A DNA stretch of 64,000 bases from Stegostoma tigrinum (lineage: Eukaryota): NCBI RefSeq assembly GCF_030684315.1, contig NC_081391.1, positions 20,048,629 to 20,112,628 on the forward strand. The letters run 5' to 3'. This document shows positions 10,932 through 22,011 of this stretch, one piece after another (positions within the stretch are counted from its first letter, which is position 1; every line of letters starts with the position of its first letter). The translations under genes were made by a program, and so were the position numbers. Below the pieces are notes generated by a model that saw only the letters and a list, made by a program, of their open reading frames with translations, searched no databases and was not told the DNA's origin.

Positions 10932-13089
10932 TCAGCTGAGTGTGAGCCTGTCAAACAGGTACTCTCCCATGCCATTGTCAGGGGCTCCCAGTCTCTTCAG
11001 GTTGGTGATGTGATCTCCCAGCTTCTTGATCATCTTCACTTGCTCATCCAAGTAGTGCCTCTTCAGGAAGTCACACAGCTGGAGAAAGAAAAGAAATGTG
11101 TAGCTCACTGAGCAGAAAGCATCTTTGTACTTCAAATGCTCAGTGCTATGTGAATAGGTACATTTAACCTAAAGGACCAATGCCTTATCACCTTTAGACC
11201 AAAAAAGTGAAGTGCTCACATGAGGGTCCATGTGGCCAGAGGCGGGTTTGTGCAGATCCAGCAGACTCTGGTTCACATCCTTCTCCATCTGCAGAGCTCT
11301 CTGCATTGCCTCCAGACCATTGCCCCACTCATCTTGCTCTGGCTTCTGGAAGAAGGGTTTTGTTAGTCCGAAGCTGCTGATGGGAGTTTGTACTAGAACT
11401 GAAGGCTGTGCCTTTTATGGCTAAAAACACTTGTTCGGGTTCTCGTAGAGATTGTTCTATTCAAAAGTTGATGGTGGCAGAGAGGGGGATAACCTGCCAC
11501 ATTCAGAAACAAAGCACACAAGGCACATGTGATGTTAGTGCTGGGAGCTTAAGAGGCTGATGTGGCGTTTGAAGTCAGTCACACTCCCCCATCCAGATGG
11601 GAATTGCTGGTGTCAGTGTGTGAATTACTAGACTATTGTACTTCCTAGTCAGTCCCAGCTGCAAATAAGGGAATGCCACACAACATGTTGCATTCCCCTA
11701 AGTGACTCCAGCCCGGATGTTTCCAATGGTCAATCGTTTAAGACCACCAGGATGATAGTGAAAAATCACTCGTCACTACAGCCCAATGAAGGGTCAAATT
11801 CCTTTGCTATTTGAGCATTTTAGAACTCAATTAAATTCTTAAACACCACCCTAACCATGTGGATGGAAACCTTGGTTAAAAACCCAGCAGGGGTCCTAAA
11901 ACCATGAATTTAAGTCAAGTACATGCCATACAGAGGAGTGCTCATCTCAATCAATTGTTTCTGATCACTCCACAAGCTCCATTGGATGAAAAAGCTATCA
12001 AAAACATTTCAGCCCATGCACTTGAATAAGTGCAGAATCAAAGATGCAGGATATCTAAAACACAGGCTTCTGTCAAAGTAAACCCTCAAGCTTTCCCCTT
12101 TTAAGTTAAAAGGGGGTTAAAAGTCCAACCTTGATGTCCTGCAGGAGGACTCGGCCTCCACGTTTATTCTGGAATGCAATCAGTCTCGCAGCATGTTCCC
12201 GTTCCTCATGGGACTGCTCCTTGAAGAACTGAGCAAAGTGATGGAGGGCAACATCATCCCGGTCAAAGTAAGAGAACTGTGGGAGAAAGGATTGGACAGA
12301 ATTCAATTAAAGTAGACCCAGACATTCTAAGAGCCAAGGGCTTGGTTACTCATTCTCTACCTGGCTTCAAGTTAGAGACTTGGAATTTTAGTCAAATATA
12401 TTGGCCTCAGCTAGTTTGAAATCTAGTCACGTCTGACCACATGCAAACCCCATCCTTGTTTGGGGGATCATGTTAAGAAACAGTAGATGTTAACAGTCCA
12501 GAGACAGCAGTAATTTTTTGCTTAGCATTCCACTGACTCTACTTAATGCCACAAAGACTTGCTTCCCTCACTAATCAGGGAGGGGATGCAGAAGAACCAT
12601 CTGAACAGCCTAACATTACTAATCCACATGAAGAGTCAATGTCAGTTCAGGTAAGGAAGATCTAGTCAGTTTTGGGGGCAGTGAAAACAAGATTGATCAG
12701 CTAGTTTCTCACCTCAACATTCAGTTTTACCATTAAAGTAAGGAATTAGATTGCTTCTATGGAGTAGAAAAATTCTTGTTGTCCAACCCACAGATTTGGC
12801 CATTTTAAATAACATGACAGTCACAAATGAGACAACACAGACTTGTATCTCAAAATTTAAATTGGCACAGGAGGCAGAGGTTAGAATTAAATCTTAACTG
12901 ACTGGTCACTAACACCAGAACTATTTACACAGCATACAGTGAATTAGTAATAACTTGGAAAAAGTACCCAAAAGATACAGCACTCACCATGGAGAGGTAA
13001 ACATAGGAGGAATAGAGCTCCAGGTTGATCTGCTTGTTAACAGCATCCTCACAGTCCTTGTGGTAGTTCTGACACACTTGGGAGGCCAT
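10932..13089 (-). CDS. Ferritin subunit, copy B1 (B-type body, D-type promoter), open ORF with L120P and E134K (human-H numbering)
   Basis: Exons 12988-13089, 12130-12276, 11220-11345, 10932-11078. Splice sites are canonical and there is no stop or frameshift. AATAAA lies at 10869-10874 (minus strand). Confidence 0.93.
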
Positions 13090-13156
13090 TGTCACTCTCC
13101 CTGCTCACTATCACCTAGACAGCTCTCATATCAAGTCTTTGTACCACAAGCTCCAG

Positions 13157-13282
13157 TATTTATACTCCTGGGACATCCTATGTTCAACGAGGGAATGACA
13201 TCACCAATGATGACTGACATTCCCTGAAAGCCAATTAGGAATCTCCCATGAATTTAGCCCCGCCTCTGCCCTCCCACCAATT
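13157..13282 (-). promoter_or_regulatory. Putative D-type proximal promoter driving B1
   Basis: TATAAATA at 13157-13164, TGACATCA at 13196-13203, CCAAT at 13204, 13231 and 13277, and GC box CCCCGCCT at ~13258. Confidence 0.7.
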
Positions 13283-13609
13283 AGAGAGAGGGTGTGGGTG
13301 TATGAGGCAGAGCTGATCAGAGGTGCAGATTGTTGTCAAGTCTGGATGGTTATTCTGTGATTGGATCAGCAGTCGGTCATTTAGAATCTCAAATCTGCCG
13401 GAACTCTCTGTCGGGTCATGGTTAGTTTGAAAAAAAAAACTAGATTTGGATTTGGAAAGCTTTTCTTTTTAAACTAAGCTTGTTGTGACCAACTGCAGGA
13501 GGTGCTCAATGAAGGAGAATCAGTGTCTGAGCATGTTCTGCTAGGATATTGGAGAGAAAGGTAGGAGATTGATGGTAGTTCCTAGAAATTTGTAACAGAA
13601 ACAAACAGG

Positions 13610-13915
13610 ACAAAGACAGGAAGGATGTTTCTGATGACCAATGCGCCCAGAACCAAGGGTCACTGTCTAAGGATATAGAGTAGTCTGTTTGGGATTGAGT
13701 TGAGGAGAAATGTCTTCAGCCAGACAGTGGGGAGTCTGTTGTATTGTCTGGGACAGGAAACAGTTGAGGCCAAAAGACTGAAGGTTTTGAAGAGTTAGAT
13801 GTAGCTGATAGGGCTATGGGGATCAAAGGGTATGGAGAGAGAGTGTGAAGATGGTACTGAGTTAAGGGATTACCCATCATCATATGGAATGTCAGAGCAG
13901 GCTGGAAGGGCTGTA
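13610..13915 (+). mobile_element. Old CR1 3'-end fragment; copies at ~40075-40375 and ~57348-57650
   Basis: AGGATGTTTC...AGAACCAAGGGTCAC...TGAGGAGAAAT...GGGATCAAAGGGTATGG, homologous to 15225-15500. Confidence 0.65.
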
Positions 13916-14484
13916 TCAAAATGGTTCATAATTTTGAACATTTCAATCAGGTGATCTTTTAATCTTCTCTGCTCCAAGGAGATAAGGCCAATTTTTAAAA
14001 TCTTTCCTGGTATCATTCCAGCAAATCTCCTTTGCACCGTGTCCAGGGCTTTAATGCCCTCCCTTAGAAACAGTGCCCAGAATTGAACACAATACTCTAA
14101 TGCGGTCTGACCAATGGTGTGTAGTGGTGTAGCGTTACTTCTTTGCTTTTATACTCTCGGGCTCTCCTTAAAAACACAAGGTTCCTATAAGCATTCTTCA
14201 TGACTGTTTCATCTTGCCTGGCCACCTTCAGGGAATTGTAGTTTTAAATCCTGAGGGCTCTCTGCTCCTGTACTCACCTTGACGTTGTTCCATTGAACCT
14301 GTATTATCTCTTCATGTCTCCATGTTTCTTCGACCAAAATGCATTTCTTGCATTTTTTTGTGTTGAAATTAAAAAGTGATTGCCAACATCAAATCTTACC
14401 CAATAAAAATCAAATGATCCTAATTCTGAAGTCTTCAACTGACCCCCCCCGCCCCGCTAATGTGTGTGTGTCCACTATATGATG

Positions 14485-15560
14485 CAAAGAGTAGTGATAA
14501 ACGGGTCCCCTTCGGAATGGCAGGCAGTGACCAGTGGGGTACCACAAGGTTCGGTGCTGGGACCACAGCTGTTTACGATATATATTAATGATATAGACGA
14601 AGACATTGAAAGTAGTATTAGCAAATTTGCTGATGACACAAAGTTGGGTGGCAGTGTGTAATGTGAGGAGGATGTTATGAGAACACAGGGTGACTTGAAC
14701 AGACGAGGTGAGTGGACGGATGCATAGCAGACGCAGTTTAATGTGGATAAATGTGTGGTTATACACTTTGGTGGCAGGAACAGGAAGGCAGATTACTATC
14801 TCAATGGAGTCAAGTTAGGTAAAGGGCAAGTACAACGAGATCTAGGTGTTCTTGTACATCAGTCAATGAAAGTAAGCATGCAGGTACAGCAGGCAGTGAA
14901 GAAAGCTAATGGCATGCTTGCCTTCATAACAAGAGGAATTGAGCATAGGAGCAAAGAGGTCTTTTTGCAGCTGTACAGGGCCCTGGTGAGACCGCACCTG
15001 GAGTATTGTGTGCAGTTTTGGTCTCCAAATTTGAGGAAGGATAGTCTTGCTATTGAGGGAGTGCAGCGTAGGTTCACAAGGGCAATTCCCAGAATTGCGG
15101 GACTATCATATGTTAAAAGATTGGAGCGACTGGGCTTGTATACACTTGAGTTTAGAAGGATGAGAAGGAATCTGATTGAGGCGTATAAGATTATTAAGGG
15201 ATTGGACACTCTGGAGGCAGGAAGCATGTTTCTGCTGATGGGTGAGTCCAGAACTAGAGGACACAGTTTAAACATCAGGGGAAGGCCATTTAGAACAGAG
15301 TTGAGGAAAAACGTCTTCACCCAGAGAGTGGTGGATATATGGAATGCTCTTCCCCAGAAGGCAGTGGAGGCCAACTCTCTGGATACTTACTAGAAAGAGA
15401 TAGATAGAACTCTTAAAGGTAGTGGGATCAAGGGTTGTGGGGATAAGGCTGGAACAGGATACTGATTGTGGATGATCAGCCATGATCATAATGAATGGTG
15501 GTGCTGGCTCGAAGGGCCGAATGGCCTACTCCAGCACCTAGTGTCTATTGTCTACTGTCT
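14485..15560 (+). mobile_element. Young CR1 LINE, 5'-truncated, unit-1 specific
   Basis: ORFs 14464..14661 ([18 protein letters not shown]) and 14743..15393 (216 aa CR1 C-terminus), with a GTCTATT-type tail. Absent at the paralogous sites ~40935 and ~58207. Confidence 0.93.
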
Positions 15561-16499
15561 GTCCCTTCTGTGAAGAGGCTGTTTCTGACATTATCCTGGA
15601 CAGTTTAGCTTTAATTTGAAGATTCTATTTCAAAATCCATACGCTCAGTCCTAGATGACCGATTGAGACGAAACAATTCCTCTCAATCTACCCTGTCAAA
15701 TCCACTAATGCTCTTAAAACTTCCAAATACCGCCGTCTCTTAACCTTCCATACTGAGGGACTCAGGCAAGCTGCCATCATCATTTAACCAGCTCTTTATC
15801 TCTGAGTTGATTCTGGAAATTCTCTGCTGCACCATCTTTAGGCCCAACCTGCCAAAAATGATATCCCAGAGATGGTTGAACCAGAACTTGACAATTTCAT
15901 AAAAAACCTCCACCCAGAGGTTTGCAAATCCCTTAGAGATCAGGACTGACATTGAATTAATTTCTTTGTTCAGTGTTTTTATATCTCGTCTCTAGTTTCA
16001 ATACATTTCTGTCCACTTGTCTCAGTTTCATTTTGATCATTAGTTTTGACAACCCAGCAGAAGATGTCCCCATTTCTAAAACACTCTGACTCATCTTTCT
16101 TGGTCAGGAGTGGATAACTTCACACTTCCCCTTATTGAACTGTATCAGCCTGTCTTCCCCACTCCATGGAAGTTTGAAACATTCTACTGTCATGATAAAG
16201 TGCCACTTGATGTAATGCCATCAGCAAATATTTGAATTGTGGCTGTCCATTTCTTCATCTGTAACATTTATAATCCAAGGAAAAGTTAAGACCCCAGTTT
16301 CTCTCCTTGGGGAAAGTAATGACATCTTGCTTTCTCTTTTATTACCTCATGGGGTGAACATTTTGTTGGCTGGCCCAGCATTTATTGTTCTTCCCTAATT
16401 ATTATTGTCTTCTTGAATTGCTGTTGTCCATTTGGTGCAGGGAGATCCATAATGCCATTTTGGACAGAATTCCAGGATTCAGATGGTATGACTGTAGAT

Positions 16500-16722
16500 T
16501 GAGTTTTGCCTCATGAGCTTCATTGAGTATTTTGAAGAAGTGATGAAGAGCAATGATGAGGGCAGAGTGGTGGGCGTGATCTACATGGACTGCAACGAAG
16601 CGTTTTACAATGTTGCTCATAGTAAGCTGTTTAGCAAAGTGAGATCACATGGAATCCATGGAGAATTATCCATTTGGATACAGAAATGGCTCAAAGGTGG
16701 AGGGCAAAGGGTGCCGGTAGAG
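16500..16722 (+). mobile_element. Old CR1 RT fragment; copies at ~41880-42100 and ~59155-59376
   Basis: FIEYFEEVMK...DEGRVVGVIYMD...AF.NVAH.KL..KVRSHGI.GEL..WIQ.WL. Confidence 0.8.
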
Positions 16723-16723
16723 G

Positions 16724-17430
16724 CAACAAAGTGCGGAGCTGGAGGAACATAGCAGGCCAGGCAGCATCAGAGGAGCAGGAAAGCTGTTGTTTCGGGTTGA
16801 GACCCTTCTACCGAAATTGGGAGGGGAGGGGAAGCTCAGAAATAAAGAGGAGGGGTGGGACTGGGAAGGTAGATGGGATGGTGATGGGTGAGTGCAGATA
16901 GGGAGTAGTCAGGAATGGCCAGTGAGGTGGGGGGGATGCAGATAGGTGGGAGAGAAGATGGACAGGTCAAAGAGGTGGGGATGAGAGGGAGAGAGGGGAT
17001 TGGTCATGGGGTGAGGAGATTTTGAAGTTAATAAGGTCCACATTTAGTGTCGTGGGCTGTAAGCTCCCAAGGCAGAATATGAGGTGCTTCTCTTCCAGTT
17101 TGAGGATGACATTGGTGTGATACTGGAGGATGCCCAAAATGGACAGGTCATCCAGGAATGGGAGCGGGAGGGAAGTTAAAACATTTTGCGATTGGAAAAC
17201 GTTGTTTTTTGTTGCACATTGAACACAGATGCTCTAGAAAAACTGTCTCCCTCATGTAGCGGAGGCCACATTGGGTGCAGCCGATACAACAGACCAACTT
17301 GAAACATGTGCAGGTTATCCCTGTCTGATGTCGAAGGTTTGTTTGTTTTTCTTTTGTTTTGAATGGAGACACGTGGGAGGCGGTTAGGTGTAGCTGTTCC
17401 TACAGTTGCAGGGAACCGGGCTGGGGTTAA
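16724..17430 (-). mobile_element. Degenerate Penelope-like element (second subfamily); copies at ~42103-42790 and ~59378-60070
   Basis: The minus strand gives TCTCFKLVCCIGCTQCGLRYMRET (GIY-YIG) plus a PLE terminal repeat. Confidence 0.75.
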
Positions 17431-17796
17431 TGGCGAGTACAGAGTGGATGAGGGAGTGGCAGGGATACCAGCGGAGAGGTACTGGGGTGTCCATAGTAAG
17501 AGGGGCTATGCCTGCTTCTGTCAGTTATGTGGAACAGTCCCTCTTCTGCTGCTACACTGTCACTATCCCGTACCTCTTCCTTACTCATAGATTGACAGTA
17601 AATAGCCAGCTACATTGCTGTGTGGGTGGTGAGTCAGCTGTCAGCCAACTGCTTTCCTTCCCTGAAAGGGTTAGAAAAACGTAGGACTGCTGAGAGTTGG
17701 CCTTTCAGCAAATTAAGTGAAGTGTCTCTTTTCTCTTCCACTCTTTCCCCGTCCTTTCGATCTCCTCTCTTCCCCCCTCCCTCCACCCCCTGCCCG

Positions 17797-17866
17797 AAGC
17801 CTGGATGCAATGCAGGGAACTCTGCAGAGAGAGAAGAAGGTGAACCAGAGTCTATTGGATCTCCAT
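17797..17866 (+). pseudogene. Inverted orphan ferritin exon-3 relic
   Basis: The plus strand reads [22 protein letters not shown] versus exon 3 [22 protein letters not shown]. It is preceded by a polypyrimidine tract. Confidence 0.8.
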
Positions 17867-18758
17867 GTCTGCAAATGTAGCTTTAATTGCACCAGCTGTC
17901 CCCAGCAGTTGATTGCTGGAGCGAGAACAGGAACTATGCCACGTTTGTCCCACAAGCTACAAGGTGGGCATTGAGGATAGGAGACACTGTTACAGGAGAG
18001 AGCAGATTCCTCACTCAGTCTCCTACAGTGGAGACTTGTTAGAAAATCCAATTCCTTAGCTTGGGAAACTAGAACAGTGGTGTCTTGCTTGTTCAAAGAA
18101 GCATGCCAAAAAAATGCAATGCACGTGCCAGATGCTATTGCTGTTCCTTTTTTATTAACAAAGTATTTTTTTAATGCTTGGTTTCTGCTCACCAAGTTAA
18201 GTGAAGGTTACTAGCAAAACTGAGGTCTGGCAGCACCTGTGGATAGACTTCAGTTGAGGAGTCACCAGACTCAACCATTAATTGGTGTATCAACACATGC
18301 AGAGTGCCACCTGCCCCCCTGACTCTAGCCGTTTGTATTGTGTTTGATCCCAGCTTTTAGGAAAGTTGGAGCATTGCTAGGGACAGGGCACCAGTTAAGT
18401 GGCTAACAGTTAGAATGGAGCAATTTTGGTGAAGCTATTGACTGGAGACTGCTCTTACAGAACTGTCACTGTGAGCACTGCTTAAAAGCCAAAAGCTTAA
18501 CAGTTTGATTTCCACAACAATGACTCATTTAAAAAAATCTTTTGACTTTGGATTCAGAAACTGAACAAAAATTGCCAGGGCAAGCATTGATTCAATGCAG
18601 AGAGCAAAAAGCCAAAGCGATTTAATAATCAGGTAATAAGCAGCCAAATAAGTGTAGTCAGATACATGGGCAATGTTTTCATTTTGTGCAGAGTGTGCAA
18701 AAAAAAAGTCATTCACTAGAACACCAGTGTACAACAAATGGAGTTGTTGAATCCTCAT

Positions 18759-20515
18759 TCAGCTCAGGCTGAGCCTGTCAAACAGATACTCTCCTTTGCC
18801 CTTCTGAGGGGCTCCCAGTCTCTTCAGGTTGGTGATGTGATCTCCCAGCTTCTTGATCATCTTCACTTGCTCATCCAAGTAGTGCCTCTCCAGGAAGTCA
18901 CAGCTGGAAGACAAGACAAGTTAGTGGAATCCACTGAAGACATTTGGAAGTGACCCTCAATTCAGATTTAACAAATCAATACCATGTTGAGGGAGAGGGG
19001 CACTCTGGTGATGCGTTTGGACTGTTGTAGATTTAACAGTCTGCAGGAGGCAGTTATGAGACAATTGTATTCCCCCTCCCCACAAGAGTACACAAACAGA
19101 TCACTTTCAGGTTGGAAACATTCACCTTTCCTGGAATTTGAAAGTCATCCTGGTAGTTTGTTGTTCGAAAGGTCATCAGCCCTACATGCTGAATTTAGCA
19201 GTGAAAGGCAAGGAAGCTTATTGGAGAGAAAGTGAGGAACTCACATGAGGGTCTGTGTGGCCAGAGGAGAGATTGTGCAGATCCAGCAAACTCTGGTTCA
19301 CATCCTTCTCCTTCTGCAGAGCTCCCTGCCTTGCCTCCAGATCATTGCCATGGTCAGTCTTCTGAAGCGGCAGCGTGGGGGTGGATGGTAAGAGACAAGA
19401 CACATCACTTAAAATGCAAGAAACCAGTGAAAAAAGCAACAAGACCTCCATCTCATTAGGAGAGTGTACAACAGCTAAGAGATTATATCCAAAGCATTAA
19501 AATGCTATAATATTCAGGGCTTAAAAAGCCTTCTTCAGGACAAAATGACATTTCATTAAACCCAATCTTGATGTCCTACAAGAGGAGCATGCACCCACAT
19601 TCTGGAATGCCATCAGTTTCTCAGCTGTTCCCATTCCTTCGAGGAACAGTGCCATGAGAACTCAAAGTGACACAGGACAACATCTTCCCAGTCAAAAGTG
19701 AAAGGATTGTAAACAGGGAAACCCATTGGGGTTTGTTGTTAAAGATCCTTCTCTACCTGAAATGCTTCTTCAGTCAGGCCTGCAGGTTCTGGAAGGGAAA
19801 GCCTCCCTTGTAAATCACAACAAAAACCACACCATAATAGATTGAGGTGTAGTTTCTTGCCTTGTGAAGCAGGAGGGAAGGGAGGGATCATCTTCCTACA
19901 AGTTGGGTCTTGAATATTTCATACTTGACACAAAATATTAAGTATTAAAATAAAACCTCATCATTCCAAAAGGCCATATGGGTAGGGAAAATGGCTCAGC
20001 TTCAGCAAGGAAACCTTCCAACACAGAACAGGATTCTCAGCTCTGGAGTGAACTAGCAAAGTTTATTAGTGAAGTATTGACAGCAAATAGAACTCAGGAT
20101 TGTGATAGTGTTCCTCCCTCTGGGATGGAGGTCCAGGGTCGCATACGCTCTAGAGGTCAGACATATTATCTCTAGACAGATTAACACTATTCAATAGAAT
20201 AAATCCAATTACATTGTACAGAAAAACACAGACAGACATCCCAGGTCATACATCAGGATCAAACCATTAAAAGATTATTCACTTCTCAAGGTCAGGGAAA
20301 GGCCACAGAAGATTCTAAAATATGAATTGAATGATGCAGAGAGACCCTACACCCACAATACATTGAGGCCACAGCTTGAAATCTGAAATAAATCCAGAAA
20401 ACACCACTGTCACCATGGAGAGGTAAACATGGGAGAAAGAAAGCACCAGGGTGATCTGCTTGTTAACAACATCCTCACAGGCCTTGTGATGGTTCTGCCA
20501 CACTTGGGAGGGCAT
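18759..20515 (-). pseudogene. Ferritin pseudogene C1
   Basis: Exon 1 20414-20515 (MPSQVWQNHH..., E27V). Exon 2 ~19567-19706 has a lost donor and acceptor, a TAG and an internal inversion. Exon 3 19245-19361 has a 9-nt deletion. Exon 4 18759-18903 has a 2-nt deletion giving CTG TGA. Confidence 0.93.
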
Positions 20516-20582
20516 CTTCACTATTGCTGCTCACAATCACTTGGACAACTCTAGAACTGAGTCTCCCTCCAACAAGCTCTTG

Positions 20583-20690
20583 TATTTATACTCCAGAGAC
20601 CATCCTGCACCAACCAGGGAATGACATCACTAACAATGATTGACAATCTCTGACAGCCAATCAGGAATCTGCAAGAACCCAGTCACCAAT
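20583..20690 (-). promoter_or_regulatory. Promoter remnant of pseudogene C1
   Basis: TATAAATA at 20583-20590, GGGAATGACATCA and CCAAT boxes at homologous spacing. Confidence 0.55.
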
Positions 20691-22011
20691 GAACAGAGGA
20701 GGAGGAGAGTGGGGCAATGTGCTGAGACCCAGAGTCAATCAGAGATTTGGGCAACAGTCAGGTTGAGATTATTATTCTGTGATAACGAGAGCACTTAGCC
20801 TCTCAAACCTGTCCCCTAATTCAACTGGATCGGTGCGAGTCTGAGTCTTCATTTAATATCTTTGCCTGGGTTCTGCATCGCATCATATTGCGAACTAGCA
20901 CAGCTCAACAAATCAGTTTCGAAATGTCCAAGGGGCTTGCAGAATTTTGGGAGTGATACTGTAATGTTTGAGATTAAGCATCATCACTGATTACCATAGC
21001 TTTGATCTGAAGATTATTCCCCCTTTTCCAGGATTACTTCGCCACAGGAAACAGTACATTGTCTAACGGCACGATTAGATCCATTAATAATCCAAAGTAC
21101 CTGGATAATATTCGTTCTCGAGTCTTCCACACTCTTGCAAGGACAAGGCTAGTTGATGTAAACTGTATTCATAACGTAACCAGCTTGGGGCTGAGAAAAT
21201 GCTGGTGAATCTGTGCTAAGGTCCCTCAAATAACCCTGTCAGAGCTCAGCACAGCGCTCCAAATGTGCTCTGATGCCACTTCTATGCTGTTGTATTACAA
21301 CCCATGCTGTTTTGTTGTCCAGCCGGCTTGGGGGGAAACTGAGCACGTTCTGGCCTTTTTAATTCGGCTTTCATATCTGCCCACTGCCACACGGTTATTA
21401 CGGTGCTGATGGTGACCATTCGGCCCATCGTATCCACCACCAACTCGCTGAGCGTTTCACCTCTTGCCATTCTCCTGCACTGTCCCTGTAATCTCCATGT
21501 TATTCCCTTTCAGATATCAGTCCTATTCCCTTTTGAATGCGTGAATTGAACCTGCCTCCAACACACTCTCGGACTATACATTTCACACCCTATCCACTCG
21601 CTGTGTTGGAAGGTTTTTATTTTCGCAGATCACTTCAGCTTCTTTTGCCAATTTTAAACCTGTGCCTTCTTGCTCCTGACCCTTTCACAAATGGGAACAT
21701 CGTGCCCCTGTTTGTTCTTTCTGGATCCGAATTTGAGCCGTTTGCTTTCCAGAGAGAAAAGTCCCAGCTTCTCCAATATATCCTCACACCTGAAATTCCT
21801 CATTCCTGGAGCCATTCCAGGAAGCCTCTTCTGCACTGTCTCCAGTACGTCCACTCTTTCCTTCAGTGTGATGTGCAGATCGAGACACAGTATTCCTGTT
21901 GGGGTCAAACTTAAGCAGGTTCAGCATAATCACCTTGCTCTTGTACACTTGCCCCTACTAATAAAGCTCAGGGCACTGCGAGCTTTATTAACCATTCGCT
22001 TGAACAGTCCT

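Larger units (their letters stand above)
1..21307. repeat. Segmental duplication unit 1 (~21.3 kb; ferritin A1, B1 chimera, C1)
   Basis: The sequence at position 1 (TGTTTTGTTG.CCAGCCGGCTTGGGGGG) recurs at 21308, 44997 and 63984. ORF 230..607 recurs at 21537 and 45226. Confidence 0.95.
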
